A program made the translations under genes and the position numbers. This document shows positions 11,755-23,800 of a stretch of 64,000 bases of DNA, piece by piece (the stretch's first letter is position 1; each line of letters starts with the position of its first letter). Below the pieces are notes generated by a model, which had not been told where the DNA came from, made no database searches, and was given only the letters and a program-made list of their open reading frames with translations. Source of the DNA: Eledone cirrhosa (lineage: Eukaryota); NCBI GenBank assembly GCA_964016885.1, contig OZ024765.1, positions 23,064,001 to 23,128,000 on the forward strand, in the 5' to 3' direction.

Positions 11755-12965
11755 CTCACACCACTACATGCCAACACTACTACACCACATCATCACCACC
11801 ACCACCACCACTACACCACACCACTGCCACCACTACATGTCATCACTAACACCGATACCCCACCACCACCACTATACCCCCACCAACACTACTACTACCA
11901 CCACTACACCCCCACTACCAATACCACATCACTACTACCATCACAACACTCCCACAACATCCCTCCACTTCTATCACAACTACATCCCCACCATCACTAC
12001 CATGATACCACCACCACTACATCATCACCAACACCACCACTAAACCACCACCACTACCATGATACCACTACACCACATCATCACCACCACCACTACACCA
12101 CATCACCACCACCACTACACCACATCACCACCACTACACCACCACTACACCACATCACCACCACCACTACACCACATCACCACCACCACTACACCACCAA
12201 CACCATCACTATACCACCATCACTACCACCACTACACAACATCACCACCACCACCAACACCACCACTACACCACTAACACCACCACTACACCACCACCAC
12301 TACACCACCACCAATACACCACTACACCACCAACACCACCACTACACCACTAACACCACCACTACACCACTATACCACCACCACCACTACACCACTATAC
12401 CACCAACACCACCACTACACCACCACCACCACCACTACACCACATCACCACCACCACTATACCACCACCACCACCACAACACCACCACCTCCACTACACC
12501 ACCAACACCATCACTATACCACTACACCACCAACACCATCGCTACACCACTACACCAACACCATCACTATACCACCACCACCACCACCACTACACCACTA
12601 CACCACCAACACCATCACTATACCACCATCACCACCACCACTACACCACTACACCACCAACACCATCGCTATACCACCACCACCACCACCACTACACCAC
12701 CACCACCATCACTATACCACCATCACCACCACCACTACACCACCAACACCATCGCTATACCACCACCACCACCACTACACCACCACCACCATCACTATAC
12801 CACCATCACCACCACCACTATACCACCATCACCACCACCACTACACCACTACACCACCAACACCATCGCTATACCACCACCACCAACACCATCACCACCA
12901 ACACCATCGCTACACCACTACACCACTACACCACCATCGCTATACCACCACTACACCACCACCAC
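11755..12965. repeat. Degenerate (CAC/TAC/AC)n low-complexity tract
   Basis: Directly visible; intronic. Confidence 0.9.
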
Positions 12966-13033
12966 ATGCTATTACCAACACCCCGATTCAAATTTTCAAA
13001 TTTCTAAAATATTATTTTCTATGATATCATCAG

Positions 13034-13289
13034 GTTGTCTGTTCTATCTGTGAATTGGTGGAAGCTTGTACAGCGGAGATTCGATCTGGTTGGAGACCCC
13101 TGTTTGCTGCACTTCAGGCTGTCAAGATTGAATACACCCTCAACGAGGAAATCAATGAGTCCCGACAGCGCCATATTGCGGCTGTGCTCGATGTATTTGA
13201 GGTTTTCCTCAACACAGATAATATTTTAGTCTTTGCTAACGCCGCTGTGGACTGTATACTTTGTCTACTGAAGTATGTCCGTGGCCCAG
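13034..13289 (+). CDS. ARFGEF3: ARFGEF3 exon (VVCSICELVEAC..IRSGWRPLF...VRGP)
   Basis: catcag acceptor and g|GTAAGC donor, phase 0 to 1. Carries the I.SGW.P.F motif of the large Sec7 ArfGEF HDS region. Confidence 0.94.
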
Positions 13290-13321
13290 GTAAGCTTGCA
13301 GGATAGACTGGGTGTATTTCA

Positions 13322-14230
13322 TTAACCCTTTCATGACCACATTTTTAATGAAATACACTCTATTTCACTTAATTAATGAAGTATTTTGGAGGATTTATTA
13401 AAAGTATTTCATTACTAAGAGAGTAAGTAACTTAATGTAAGGTTCTTATATAAAATTATGTTGGAAGATTTTTATTTAAATAGGAACCCTGGATTTCAAT
13501 TAAAACAAACTACCTGCATCAGTTGTTAGCTGTCGAGACACTGCATCCTTTAAGGCCTCCATGCTTCCCGAGATCCGCCAACACTACAGCTAACACATAC
13601 ACACATGTACTTCCCTGACATTTGTGTATTATTCTATGTACTTTCTTGACGAGTTGTAGTGCACCTGAGCACTTTACACAATAATTTCATTATTATTATT
13701 ATTAATGGTTTCTACTTTAGGCACAAGGCCAGCAATTATTCCAGTGCATTACTGGTACTTTATTTTATCGACCCCGTAAGGATGAAAGGCAAAGTCAACC
13801 TCGGCGGGATTTGAACTCAGATCGTAAAGGGACGTAACTATGCTGGAAAGCATGGCGTCCGACCCTCTACTGATACTGCCAATCTACTGCCCTAGCATGG
13901 CGTCTGACCCTCTACTGATACTGCCAATCCACCGCCTATTAATTAATGAAGGATGTTAAGGGATATACTGAAATTATTAATTATTTTATTACCAAGATAT
14001 CCTTTAGTTATCAACCCGGCTAAAACTGATTCTGGTTCTATGAAATAAAGTCACCCATTTTAAAGGTTTCCAATTTGAATTAAAATCTTCCAACATAATT
14101 TTATATAAGAACCTTTGTTAAGTTACTGTCTTAGTAATGAAATAATTAATAATTTTAGTAAATCCCTAAAATTCTTCATTAATTAATTAAAATAGAGTGT
14201 ATTTCATTAGAAATGTGGTCATGAAAGGTT
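13322..14230. mobile_element. MITE-like foldback with ~150-bp imperfect inverted arms (TTAA-CCCTTTCATGACCACATTT), carrying nested CR1-tail and SINE pieces
   Basis: 13322-13475 is the reverse complement of ~14080-14230. The TTAA+CCC end is piggyBac-like. Confidence 0.6.
13700..13940 (-). mobile_element. SINE family B with two copies of the 45-bp head unit
   Basis: Reverse complement of 1880-2075. gaccctctactgatactgccaatc occurs twice. Confidence 0.75.
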
Positions 14231-14382
14231 CTTATCTAAAATTATGTTGGAAAATTTAAATAGAAACCCTGTATTTCAATTAATTAATGGAGAATTTTAA
14301 GAGATTTACTAAAATTATTAATTATTTAATTACTAAGATAGTAAATATTACATAGTTAAAGGTTATTTAATCCATTTTTCAG

Positions 14383-14554
14383 GGGAATTTGAATGTACCA
14401 GTGACGAAGACTCCGATTCTGGCAGTGATTTTGCCACAAATGACTGCACTGAAAATCTTTGCCTTCCGGCCCTTAACTATCTCAAACAGTGTTGCCACAT
14501 GTTAGCTTCCATGTGGCAAATGCCTCAATCACCAATATTCAACAGTGCTCATAG
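14383..14554 (+). CDS. ARFGEF3: ARFGEF3 exon (GEFECTSDEDSDS...LCLPALNYLKQC...AHR)
   Basis: tttttcag acceptor and ag|GTAAGT donor. 172 nt, phase 1 to 2. Too short for the ORF track; translated by hand. Confidence 0.9.
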
Positions 14555-15113
14555 GTAAGTAAACTTCTCCATCTTCTGTCTTCTTGCTGTATGACATATG
14601 TACAATGGTTAAAGAGAGAGACAGAAATTAGTGAGTTAGACCAGGGGGGTCATTTGTAGTATTATGGATTGCCCCCAGGCTGCCGGGAAAATGTCTGAGG
14701 GGTCAGTTATGAACAACATGTTGTACTGTCTGGTCAGGGTCTCCAGTTACATGCTGGACTTTTATTTTCCACCAATGGAGATGATGGGCTGACTATCCTT
14801 CCAGGCATGTGATCTAACCCCAGAGGGAAGTTATCTCTGCTAGACAGTAGTCTGAACTCCTGTAGATGACCTCTCAATGAAGTTTATAAATTTTACTTAG
14901 TTAAAGTAGTAAATAAAATAACATATAAAATTATATAACAAGACCTGAAGTGTTGGTCGGGGTCTCAATATGTAAACAGAACGACTAATTCTGGTTTTTA
15001 AAAAAATCAATGCAGACAACCTAGAAAAGTTACCGATCTTCCACCCTTACTATTTGGGTGTTAAGGGACATCTAAACAACTTAAGTTAAAGCTCTTTTGT
15101 TTTCTTTGGAAAG

Positions 15114-15430
15114 GTGCGTGGCTTTGTGGTTAAGGTGTTTGGCTCACAACCATAAGGTTGTGAGTTCGATTCCTGGCCATGCATTGTGTCCTTGAGCAAG
15201 ACACTTTACTTCACATTACTCCAGTCCGCTCAGCTGGCAAATATGAGCTGTACCTGTAATTTGAAGGGCCAGCCTTGTCACATTCTGCGTCATACCGAAT
15301 CTCCCTGAGAACTAGGTTAAGGGTATGCATGTCTGTGGAATGCTCAGCCACTTGCCTGTTAATTTCGCGAGTAGGCTGTTTTGTTGATCGGATCAACTGG
15401 AACACTTGTCGTAACTGACGGAGTGCCTTC
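15114..15430 (+). mobile_element. tRNA-derived SINE with a CORE-like segment (third family)
   Basis: gtggctttgtggttaag...gagttcgattcc...tgtgtccttgagcaagacactt. Confidence 0.7.
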
Positions 15431-15450
15431 CATATATATATATATATATA

Positions 15451-18051
15451 GTGGGCACGGTTACGGCTCAAGAAATGAAGAAGGAGTGAGACTTCTTAAA
15501 TGTTGTGATGAAAGTACACTGACTATTTGCAACACTAACTTCCAGAAACCTGCCAATCACCTAATAACCTACAAATCTGGTGAGCACATAAACCAGATTG
15601 ACTTCTTACTAGTTAGGCAGCGGGATGGCAGATAGTGTCTAATACCAAGGCATACCCTGGGGAAGAATGTACCCCACAGCATAGGTTAGTCATTAGTGAT
15701 ATCTCAGTTAGCAAGAGATGGAATGAAACATACAGGAAAGTCTGGAAGCTAAAACACCTTTCACTAAAATATAAATTTAGGAAAGCTCTTCAAGATGTGT
15801 ATTACAAAAAAGAAGACGATTTAGAGACGTATGACATAGATAATAACTGGAATTTCTTACGTGACAACTTGCTGCAGGCTACTGATGAAACTTGTGGCTG
15901 GAGCAGAGCTCCAACCAGACAGAGAGTGACCTGGTGGTGGAACAGCACAGTAGATAAGGCACAAAAGTAGATAAAAGTAGATAAGAGACAAAAGACTAGC
16001 ATGGAAGGCTTGGAAAAAGGGTGGGAGTAGGGAAGAATATACAGCTACTAAGAGAGAAGCTAGACGTCAGGTGTACTTAGCACACAGGGAGGCTGAGAGT
16101 AGGAGGTTTGCCAATGTTCTGCGACGGGAAGATCAGAGGCGTACGGTGTTCCACATTGCAAGGCAGTGTGTCAATGCAAATCAGGATGTTGTTGGAGATA
16201 AATGTGTCCGGGATGATGCCGGTGTACTTAGTGTCAAGAATGATCAGAAAAAGGAGGCCTGGAAATGTCATTATGAGACTGATGAATGTGGAGAACGAAT
16301 GGGAGAGAGACAAATTACCCTTAGTATATACGACAGAGGGACAAGCTATTGAGATTGACGAATATAGGGTCCAAGAGGCAATTAAGGGAATGAAAAATGG
16401 TAAGGCTGCTGGACAATCGGGAATAGTTGCTGAGATGGTGAAGGCATCAGGGGACGTAGGCACTAAACTGGTTGCACGCATCATCAATCAGGCTATATAT
16501 GGTGGTGTCATACCCAAACACTGGTGCAGCAGTATTCTCATAAATTGCTACAAAGGTAAAGGGGTTGCTCTGGAGAGGAGCAATTATAGGGGCATAAAAC
16601 TGATGGATCAGGTTATGAAAGTGGCAGAAAGGATATTAGCACAACTAATTAGAGAACGGGTCAAACTAGATGAGATGCAGTTTGGTTTTGTGTCTGGGAA
16701 GAGTACAACAGATGCCCTCTTCTTGGTGAGACAATTGCAAGAGAGGTTCTTAGAGAAGAATAAGCCACTATACTTAGCCTTTGTTGACCTGGAGAAGGCC
16801 TTTGATAGGGTACCCCAATCTATCATCTGGTGGTCGCTAAGGAAACTAGGTGTTGAGGAATGGCTTATGAGGACAGTGCAAACTTTGTACAGAGGTACTG
16901 TCAGTAAAGTCAGGGTAGGAATGGAGTTTAGTGAGGAATTCCAGATACAAGTAGGAGTACATCAAGGTTCGGTCCTCAGCCCGCTCTTGTTCATTATAGT
17001 CCTCCAAGCCATAACAGAGGAGTTTAAGACTGGCTGTCCATGGGAACTTCTCTATACTGACGATCTGGTTCTTATAGCAGAATCAGTAGAGGAGCTAGAG
17101 AATAAATTCTGGCTATGGAAACAGCAGTTGGAAGCAAGAGGACTGAGAGTGAACCTAGCTAAGACAAAAATGTTGATGAGTAGAAAAGAGGACAAAACTC
17201 TGATTCCGTCAGGGAAATGGCCATGTACCATATGCAGAAAAGGAACTGGCATAAATTCTATAAAATGCACACAATGCAGATCCTGGGTACACAAGAGATG
17301 TAGTGGGATAGCAGGCAAACTAACAGGTAGGGAGAAATACATATGTAGTAGACGTACAGGGAAATTAGACAGGAGAAGTCGCATTGATAAACACATTTTT
17401 CAAATGCAGGCGGGCACTATAGAAGTGGTGGATAGATTCCGGTACCTAGGAGATCAGATTAGCATGGCAGGGGGGTGTTCCGAGGCCATAGTATCTAGAA
17501 AAAGGACGTGTTGGAAGAAGTTTAGTTGAGCTGCTTCCTCTGCTGACGAAGAAGGGTTTCTTCCTGCGTACGAAAGGCTGGTTATATGATGCCTGTGTGA
17601 GGAGCTCGATGCTGCATGGTAGTGAGACATGGGCAGCAACTGCAGAGGATATGCGATGGCTGGAGAGAAATGAAGCAAGCATGCTCCGTTGGATGTGCAG
17701 TGTCAATGTACGTGAACGACCAAGCATGGATGTGTTGAGAGAGAAACTGTGCCTGAGTGGGATAGAATGTAGTGTGCGAGAGAGGAGACTGAGGTGGTAT
17801 GGAGATGTGATGCGCATGGAGAATGACCGATGGGTGAAGAAGTGCCAGGAAATGCCAGTTGAAGGAAGACGTGGTAGAGGTAGACATTGAAAAACATGGG
17901 CGGGGGTGGTGAGAACAGACCTCAGATCGCTGAAGCTCACAGTGGAGATGACGAAGGACCGTGACGAGTGGAGAGATGCTGTGCTGAATAAGACCCGTCC
18001 CACCCTTGCAAGCAGCGAAGAGCGGACGTAAAATGATGATGACGATGATAA

Positions 18052-18054
<3 letters not shown>
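15451..18054 (+). mobile_element. RTE-clade LINE, 5'-truncated and disabled (end of endonuclease, RT, Cys-rich insert, C-terminus)
   Basis: NQIDFLL, AFVDLEKAFDRVP, GVHQGSVLSPLLF and LYTDD motifs with stops and frameshifts. (GAT)n tail; flanked by (TA)n. Confidence 0.92.
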
Positions 18055-18100
<46 letters not shown>

Positions 18101-18265
18101 AAAAGAGTGAGGACCCCGATGGGTGAGCTCTGGCTGTTTCGACAGCTAGATCCAAACTAAGCCACCAGTATGTGGCTCTTTTCCTATTACCCACTCTACT
18201 ACCCTAAGTATTGCGTACTCTGGTGTGTTATGGTCCATCTGGTATCTTACCATATATATATATAT

Positions 18266-18870
18266 TAGAATTGGTGCTCTGAAATAGCCATATATATGGA
18301 TGTATATAAAGTGTATTTTGCAATACACTTTATGCTTAATTAAAAGCATTTTGAAGACCGTATGCTATTGTTTTAGAGTAGTGACAGACTCACTTACTTT
18401 AACCTCAGCAAACAGGGGTAGATAAAGCTGACAAGGCCTTGTTCTGCATTTGTTGATGCTCATCAAAGCCAAGTACTCCCCCGTCTGCTGAGATTACGGA
18501 TGTTATTTTCTTATAGAATTCTAGTAAATAATCAGGAGCTGATTATACAGAGCGATTGTTGGTCAAGCAGAAATTAAAAATTAGAATTGGTGCTCTGAAA
18601 TAGCCATATATATATGAATGTATATATAGCGTATTTTGCAATACACTTTATGCTTAATTAAAGGCATTTTGAAGACCGTATGCTATTGTTTTAGAGTAGT
18701 GACAGACTCACTTACTATAAACTCAGCAAACAGGGGGAGATAAAGCTTTATCTCCCCTTGTTTGCTGAAATTAAAGTGAGTCTGTCACTACTCTAAAACA
18801 ATAGCATACGGTCTTCAAAATGCTTTTAATTAAGCATAAAGTGTATTGCAAAATACACTATATATACATC
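18266..18870. mobile_element. Direct plus inverted repeat cluster resembling Penelope pseudo-LTRs, with a degenerate minus-strand hammerhead at 18426-18471
   Basis: 18266-18428 is repeated at 18580-18748 and inverted at 18748-18870. Minus strand reads TTGATGA-GCAT..ATGC-AGAA-CAAGGCCTTG-TC. Confidence 0.5.
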
Positions 18871-19080
18871 ATTTCATCATCATTTCATTTTACGTCCGCT
18901 TTTTCCCTGCTTGCAAGGGTGGGACGGGAACTGATTCTGGCTTGATTTCTACAGCTGGATGCCCTTCCTAACACCAACCTCATTTACAGTGAGTGCTGGG
19001 TGCTTTTTTGCCGTGGCACCTCCACGACCACTTTGCAGTGGAATGATAGGGACCCCAGCCCCTATCATCTCATTTCTACA

Positions 19081-19082
<2 letters not shown>
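18868..19082 (-). mobile_element. SINE family A 3' part
   Basis: Reverse complement of 20095-20300. Confidence 0.8.
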
Positions 19083-19115
<33 letters not shown>

Positions 19116-19229
19116 ATATGTTTGTGTGTGTGAAACAAGGATGTTTAGCCCTAGGTCAGTCGGTCAGTTCTGACCAGACATCATTTTATTTATTATATTT
19201 ATTTTTCATTTTATTTTTCACTTTGAAAG

Positions 19230-19948
19230 GATCCAGGTGGGTTTTCTTCAGGATATTGTTGACCCGAATATTTCAAATATGGACTTTGAACTGTTTAAGC
19301 AGAACTTCTCTTCAGTGGACACCACAACAACAACATCTTCAGCAACTACAGCAACATCTTCTACAGCAACTACAACAACATCTTCTACAGCAACTACAAC
19401 AACATCTTCTACAGCAACTACAACAACATCTTCTACAGCAACTACAGCAACATCTTCTACAGCAACTACAACTTCAACAGCAACTACAGCAACATCTTCT
19501 ACAGCAACTACAACAACATCTTCTGCAGCAACTACAGCAACATCTTCTACAGCAACTACAACAACATCTTCAACAGCAACTACAACTACATCAGTTGTCA
19601 ACGGTGATGGTGGGGTCGTGACCCAGGCAGACAACACGGAAATATCATCAAACCGCGAGAGAAGAAACAGCCCAACTGACAGCCACAGCATCACATCGCA
19701 GGACTCGGGATTGGATGTTCCCACTACAGAGAAACTGGGTTTAGCGGAGAGAGTGAAGTGTGAGGACCGCGTGAATCTATATCAGATGATAAGCCTGGAA
19801 TCTCTTGACAATCATTGTGGCCTTCTTCATGTCTGGTTCCTCATCCTAGATGGCCTGGCCAGCGCCACAACTGTCTGTCCTCGGACATATCAACCACAGA
19901 CCATGGAAATGTTGTTTGAATTACTGAGGGAAACTACAAAAACACCAG
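19230..19948 (+). CDS. ARFGEF3: ARFGEF3 exon with a Thr/Ser-rich 24-bp coding repeat; ends at a GC donor
   Basis: tgaaag acceptor and cca g|GCAAGT donor. 719 nt, phase 2 to 1. Contains GLLHVWFLILDGL..CP..YQP.T...LFELLR...TPG. Confidence 0.88.
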
Positions 19949-19976
19949 GCAAGTTTCTTTTATTTTTAATAATATT

Positions 19977-20303
19977 TTAGTGGTTAGAGCATTGGCCTTG
20001 CAATCGACAGGTTGTGAGTTCAATTCTCAGACCGGGTGATGTGTTGTTTCCTTGAGCAAGACACTTTATTTCACATTGCTCCAGTTTACTCAGCTGTAGA
20101 AATGAGATGATAGGGACTAAGGGTCCCTATCATTCCACTGCAAAGTGGTCGTGGAGGAGCCACGGCAAAAAGGCACCCAGCACTCACTGTAAATGAGGTT
20201 GGTGTTAGGAAGGGCATCCAGCTGTAGAAATCAAGCCAGAATCAGTTCCCGTCCCACCCTTGCAAGCATGGAAAAGCGGACGTAAAATGATGATGATGAT
20301 GAT
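19977..20303 (+). mobile_element. SINE family A, near full length
   Basis: tRNA-like head, CORE-like segment, RTE-type tail and (GAT)n. Confidence 0.82.
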
Positions 20304-20337
20304 TTCCTCCTCTCTCTAAACATATATATATATATAT

Positions 20338-20720
20338 AAGAAAGAAAAACAAAGAAGCCTTCAATACATCAAAAGTCTTTATTAGCCGACAATGTTTCGT
20401 CCTATTGAAGGCTTCTTTGTTTTTCTTTCTTAATTCTTCGGCTCTGTTTAACTACATTGAGCTATACCTTTTACTGTCATTTCTATAATACGAAGAGGGT
20501 GTTTAACTCCAACACGCTCCAGTATTTTAACCCTTATATATATATATACATATGTGTGTGTTAAGTATTTCCGTAGAAAAGGTAAAGGAAAAAAGAGTGC
20601 TCTCTGTATAATACAGAGCTATTTAATTAGATAATAAACAACACATATAATTATTTCATTACCAAAGGTTTCAAGAAACTAGATGATTCTTGCAAGAAAC
20701 ATACAGTTCAATCGTCTAAT
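20338..20720. mobile_element. Penelope-like pseudo-LTR remnants of two families, with an inverted junction at ~20402
   Basis: 20403-20535 is the reverse complement of 56851-56982. 20338-20405 is colinear with 56955-57020. 20565-20680 resembles 48555-48670. Confidence 0.6.
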
Positions 20721-20819
20721 TATTTTGAGGCAAGACGGGTAAGAGGACTATCTTGCTCGTACAGAACTGTTTCTGGCTTGGTTTCTACAGGTGGATGCCC
20801 TTCCTAACAACAATTACAT

Positions 20820-23800
20820 TTACAGTGTAGACTGGGTGCCTTTTGTCATGACACTAATACCACTTTACAGTGTGTCCTGGGTGCCTTTTGTCATGACACT
20901 AATACCACTTTACAGTGTAGACTGGGTGCCTTTTGTCATGACACTAATACCACTTTACAGTGTGTCCTGGGTGCCTTTTGTCATGACACTAATACCACTT
21001 TACAGTGTAGACTGGGTGCCTTTTGTCATGACACTAATACCACTTTACAGTGTAGACTGGGTGCCTTTTGTCATGACACTAATACCACTTTACAGTGTGT
21101 CCTGGGTGCCTTTTGTCATGACACTAATACCACTTTACAGTGTAGACTGGGTGCCTTTTGTCATGACACTAATACCACTTTACATTGTGTCCTGGGTGCC
21201 TTTTGTCATGACACTAATACCACTTTACAGTGTGTCCTGGGTGCCTTTTGTCATGACACTAATACCACTTTACAGTGTGTCCTGGGTGCCTTTTGTCATG
21301 ACACTAATACCACTTTACAGTGTGTCCTGGGTGCCTTTTGTCATGACACTAATACCACTTTACAGTGTAGACTGGGTGCCTTTTGTCATGACACTAATAC
21401 CACTTTACAGTGTGTCCTGGGTGCCTTTTGTCATGACACTAATACCACTTTACAGTGTAGACTGGGTGCCTTTTGTCATGACACTAATACCACTTTACAG
21501 TGTGTCCTGGGTGCCTTTTGTCATGACACTAATACCACTTTACAGTGTAGACTGGGTGCCTTTTGTCATGACACTAATACCACTTTACAGTGTGTCCTGG
21601 GTGCCTTTTGTCATGACACTAATACCACTTTACAGTGTAGACTGGGTGCCTTTTGTCATGACACTAATACCACTTTACATTGTGTCCTGGGTGCCTTTTG
21701 TCATGACACTAATACCACTTTACAGTGTAGACTGGGTGCCTTTTGTCATGACACTAATACCACTTTACAGTGTGTCCTGGGTGCCTTTTGTCATGACACT
21801 AATACCACTTTACAGTGTGTCCTGGGTGCCTTTTGTCATGACACTAATACCACTTTACATTGTGTCCTGGGTGCCTTTTGTCATGACACTAATACCACTT
21901 TACAGTGTGTCCTGGGTGCCTTTTGTCATGACACTAATACCACTTTACATTGTGTCCTGGGTGCCTTTTGTCATGACACTAATACCACTTTACAGTGTGT
22001 CCTGGGTGCCTTTTGTCATGACACTAATACCACTTTACAGTGTGTCCTGGGTGCCTTTTGTCATGACACTAATACCACTTTACAGTGTGTCCTGGGTGCC
22101 TTTTGTCATGACACTAATACCACTTTACATTGTGTCCTGGGTGCCTTTTGTCATGACACTAATACCACTTTACAGTGTGTCCTGGGTGCCCTTTGTCATG
22201 ACACTAATACCACTTTACAGTGTAGACTGGGTGCCTTTTGTCATGACACTAATACCACTTTACATTGTGTCCTGGGTGCCTTTTGTCATGACACTAATAC
22301 CACTTTACAGTGTAGACTGGGTGCCTTTTGTCATGACACTAATACTACTTTACAGTGTGTCCTGGGTGCCTTTTGTCATGACACTAATACCACTTTACAG
22401 TGTGTCCTGGGTGCCTTTTGTCATGACACTAATACCACTTTACATTGTGTCCTGGGTGCCTTTTGTCATGACACTAATACCACTTTACAGTGTGTCCTGG
22501 GTGCCTTTTGTCATGACACTAATACCACTTTACAGTGTAGACTGGGTGCCTTTTGTCATGACACTAATACCACTTTACAGTGTGTCCTGGGTGCCTTTTG
22601 TCATGACACTAATACCACTTTACAGTGTAGACTGGGTGCCTTTTGTCATGACACTAATACCACTTTACAGTGTGTCCTGGGTGCCTTTTGTCATGACACT
22701 AATACCACTTTACAGTGTAGACTGGGTGCCTTTTGTCATGACACTAATACCACTTTACAGTGTGTCCTGGGTGCCTTTTGTCATGACACTAATACCACTT
22801 TACAGTGTAGACTGGGTGCCTTTTGTCATGACACTAATACCACTTTACAGTGTAGACTGGGTGCCTTTTGTCATGACACTAATACCACTTTACAGTGTGT
22901 CCTGGGTGCCTTTTGTCATGACACTAATACCACTTTACAGTGTAGACTGGGTGCCTTTTGTCATGACACTAATACCACTTTACATTGTGTCCTGGGTGCC
23001 TTTTGTCATGACACTAATACCACTTTACAGTGTGTCCTGGGTGCCTTTTGTCATGACACTAATACCACTTTACAGTGTGTCCTGGGTGCCTTTTGTCATG
23101 ACACTAATACCACTTTACAGTGTGTCCTGGGTGCCTTTTGTCATGACACTAATACCACTTTACAGTGTAGACTGGGTGCCTTTTGTCATGACACTAATAC
23201 CACTTTACAGTGTGTCCTGGGTGCCTTTTGTCATGACACTAATACCGCTTTACAGTGTAGACTGGGTGCCTTTTGTCATGACACTAATACCACTTTACAG
23301 TGTGTCCTGGGTGCCTTTTGTCATGACACTAATACCACTTTACAGTGTAGACTGGGTGCCTTTTGTCATGACACTAATACCACTTTACAGTGTGTCCTGG
23401 GTGCCTTTTGTCATGACACTAATACCACTTTACAGTGTAGACTGGGTGCCTTTTGTCATGACACTAATACCACTTTACATTGTGTCCTGGGTGCCTTTTG
23501 TCATGACACTAATACCACTTTACAGTGTAGACTGGGTGCCTTTTGTCATGACACTAATACCACTTTACAGTGTGTCCTGGGTGCCTTTTGTCATGACACT
23601 AATACCACTTTACAGTGTGTCCTGGGTGCCTTTTGTCATGACACTAATACCACTTTACATTGTGTCCTGGGTGCCTTTTGTCATGACACTAATACCACTT
23701 TACAGTGTGTCCTGGGTGCCTTTTGTCATGACACTAATACCACTTTACATTGTGTCCTGGGTGCCTTTTGTCATGACACTAATACCACTTTACAGTGTGT

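Noticed and set aside
11015-13053. Poly-His, poly-Pro and poly-Val ORFs
   Set aside because: (CAC)n microsatellites in introns; only the embedded exon 11524-11703 is real.
19248-19724. Antisense Val-rich ORF
   Set aside because: Mirror frame of the 24-bp coding repeat in the ARFGEF3 exon.
20650-20720. Additional hammerhead on the minus strand
   Set aside because: Related to the 31.2-kb family, but the core reads TAGACGA and the stems are disrupted; treated as a decayed remnant.
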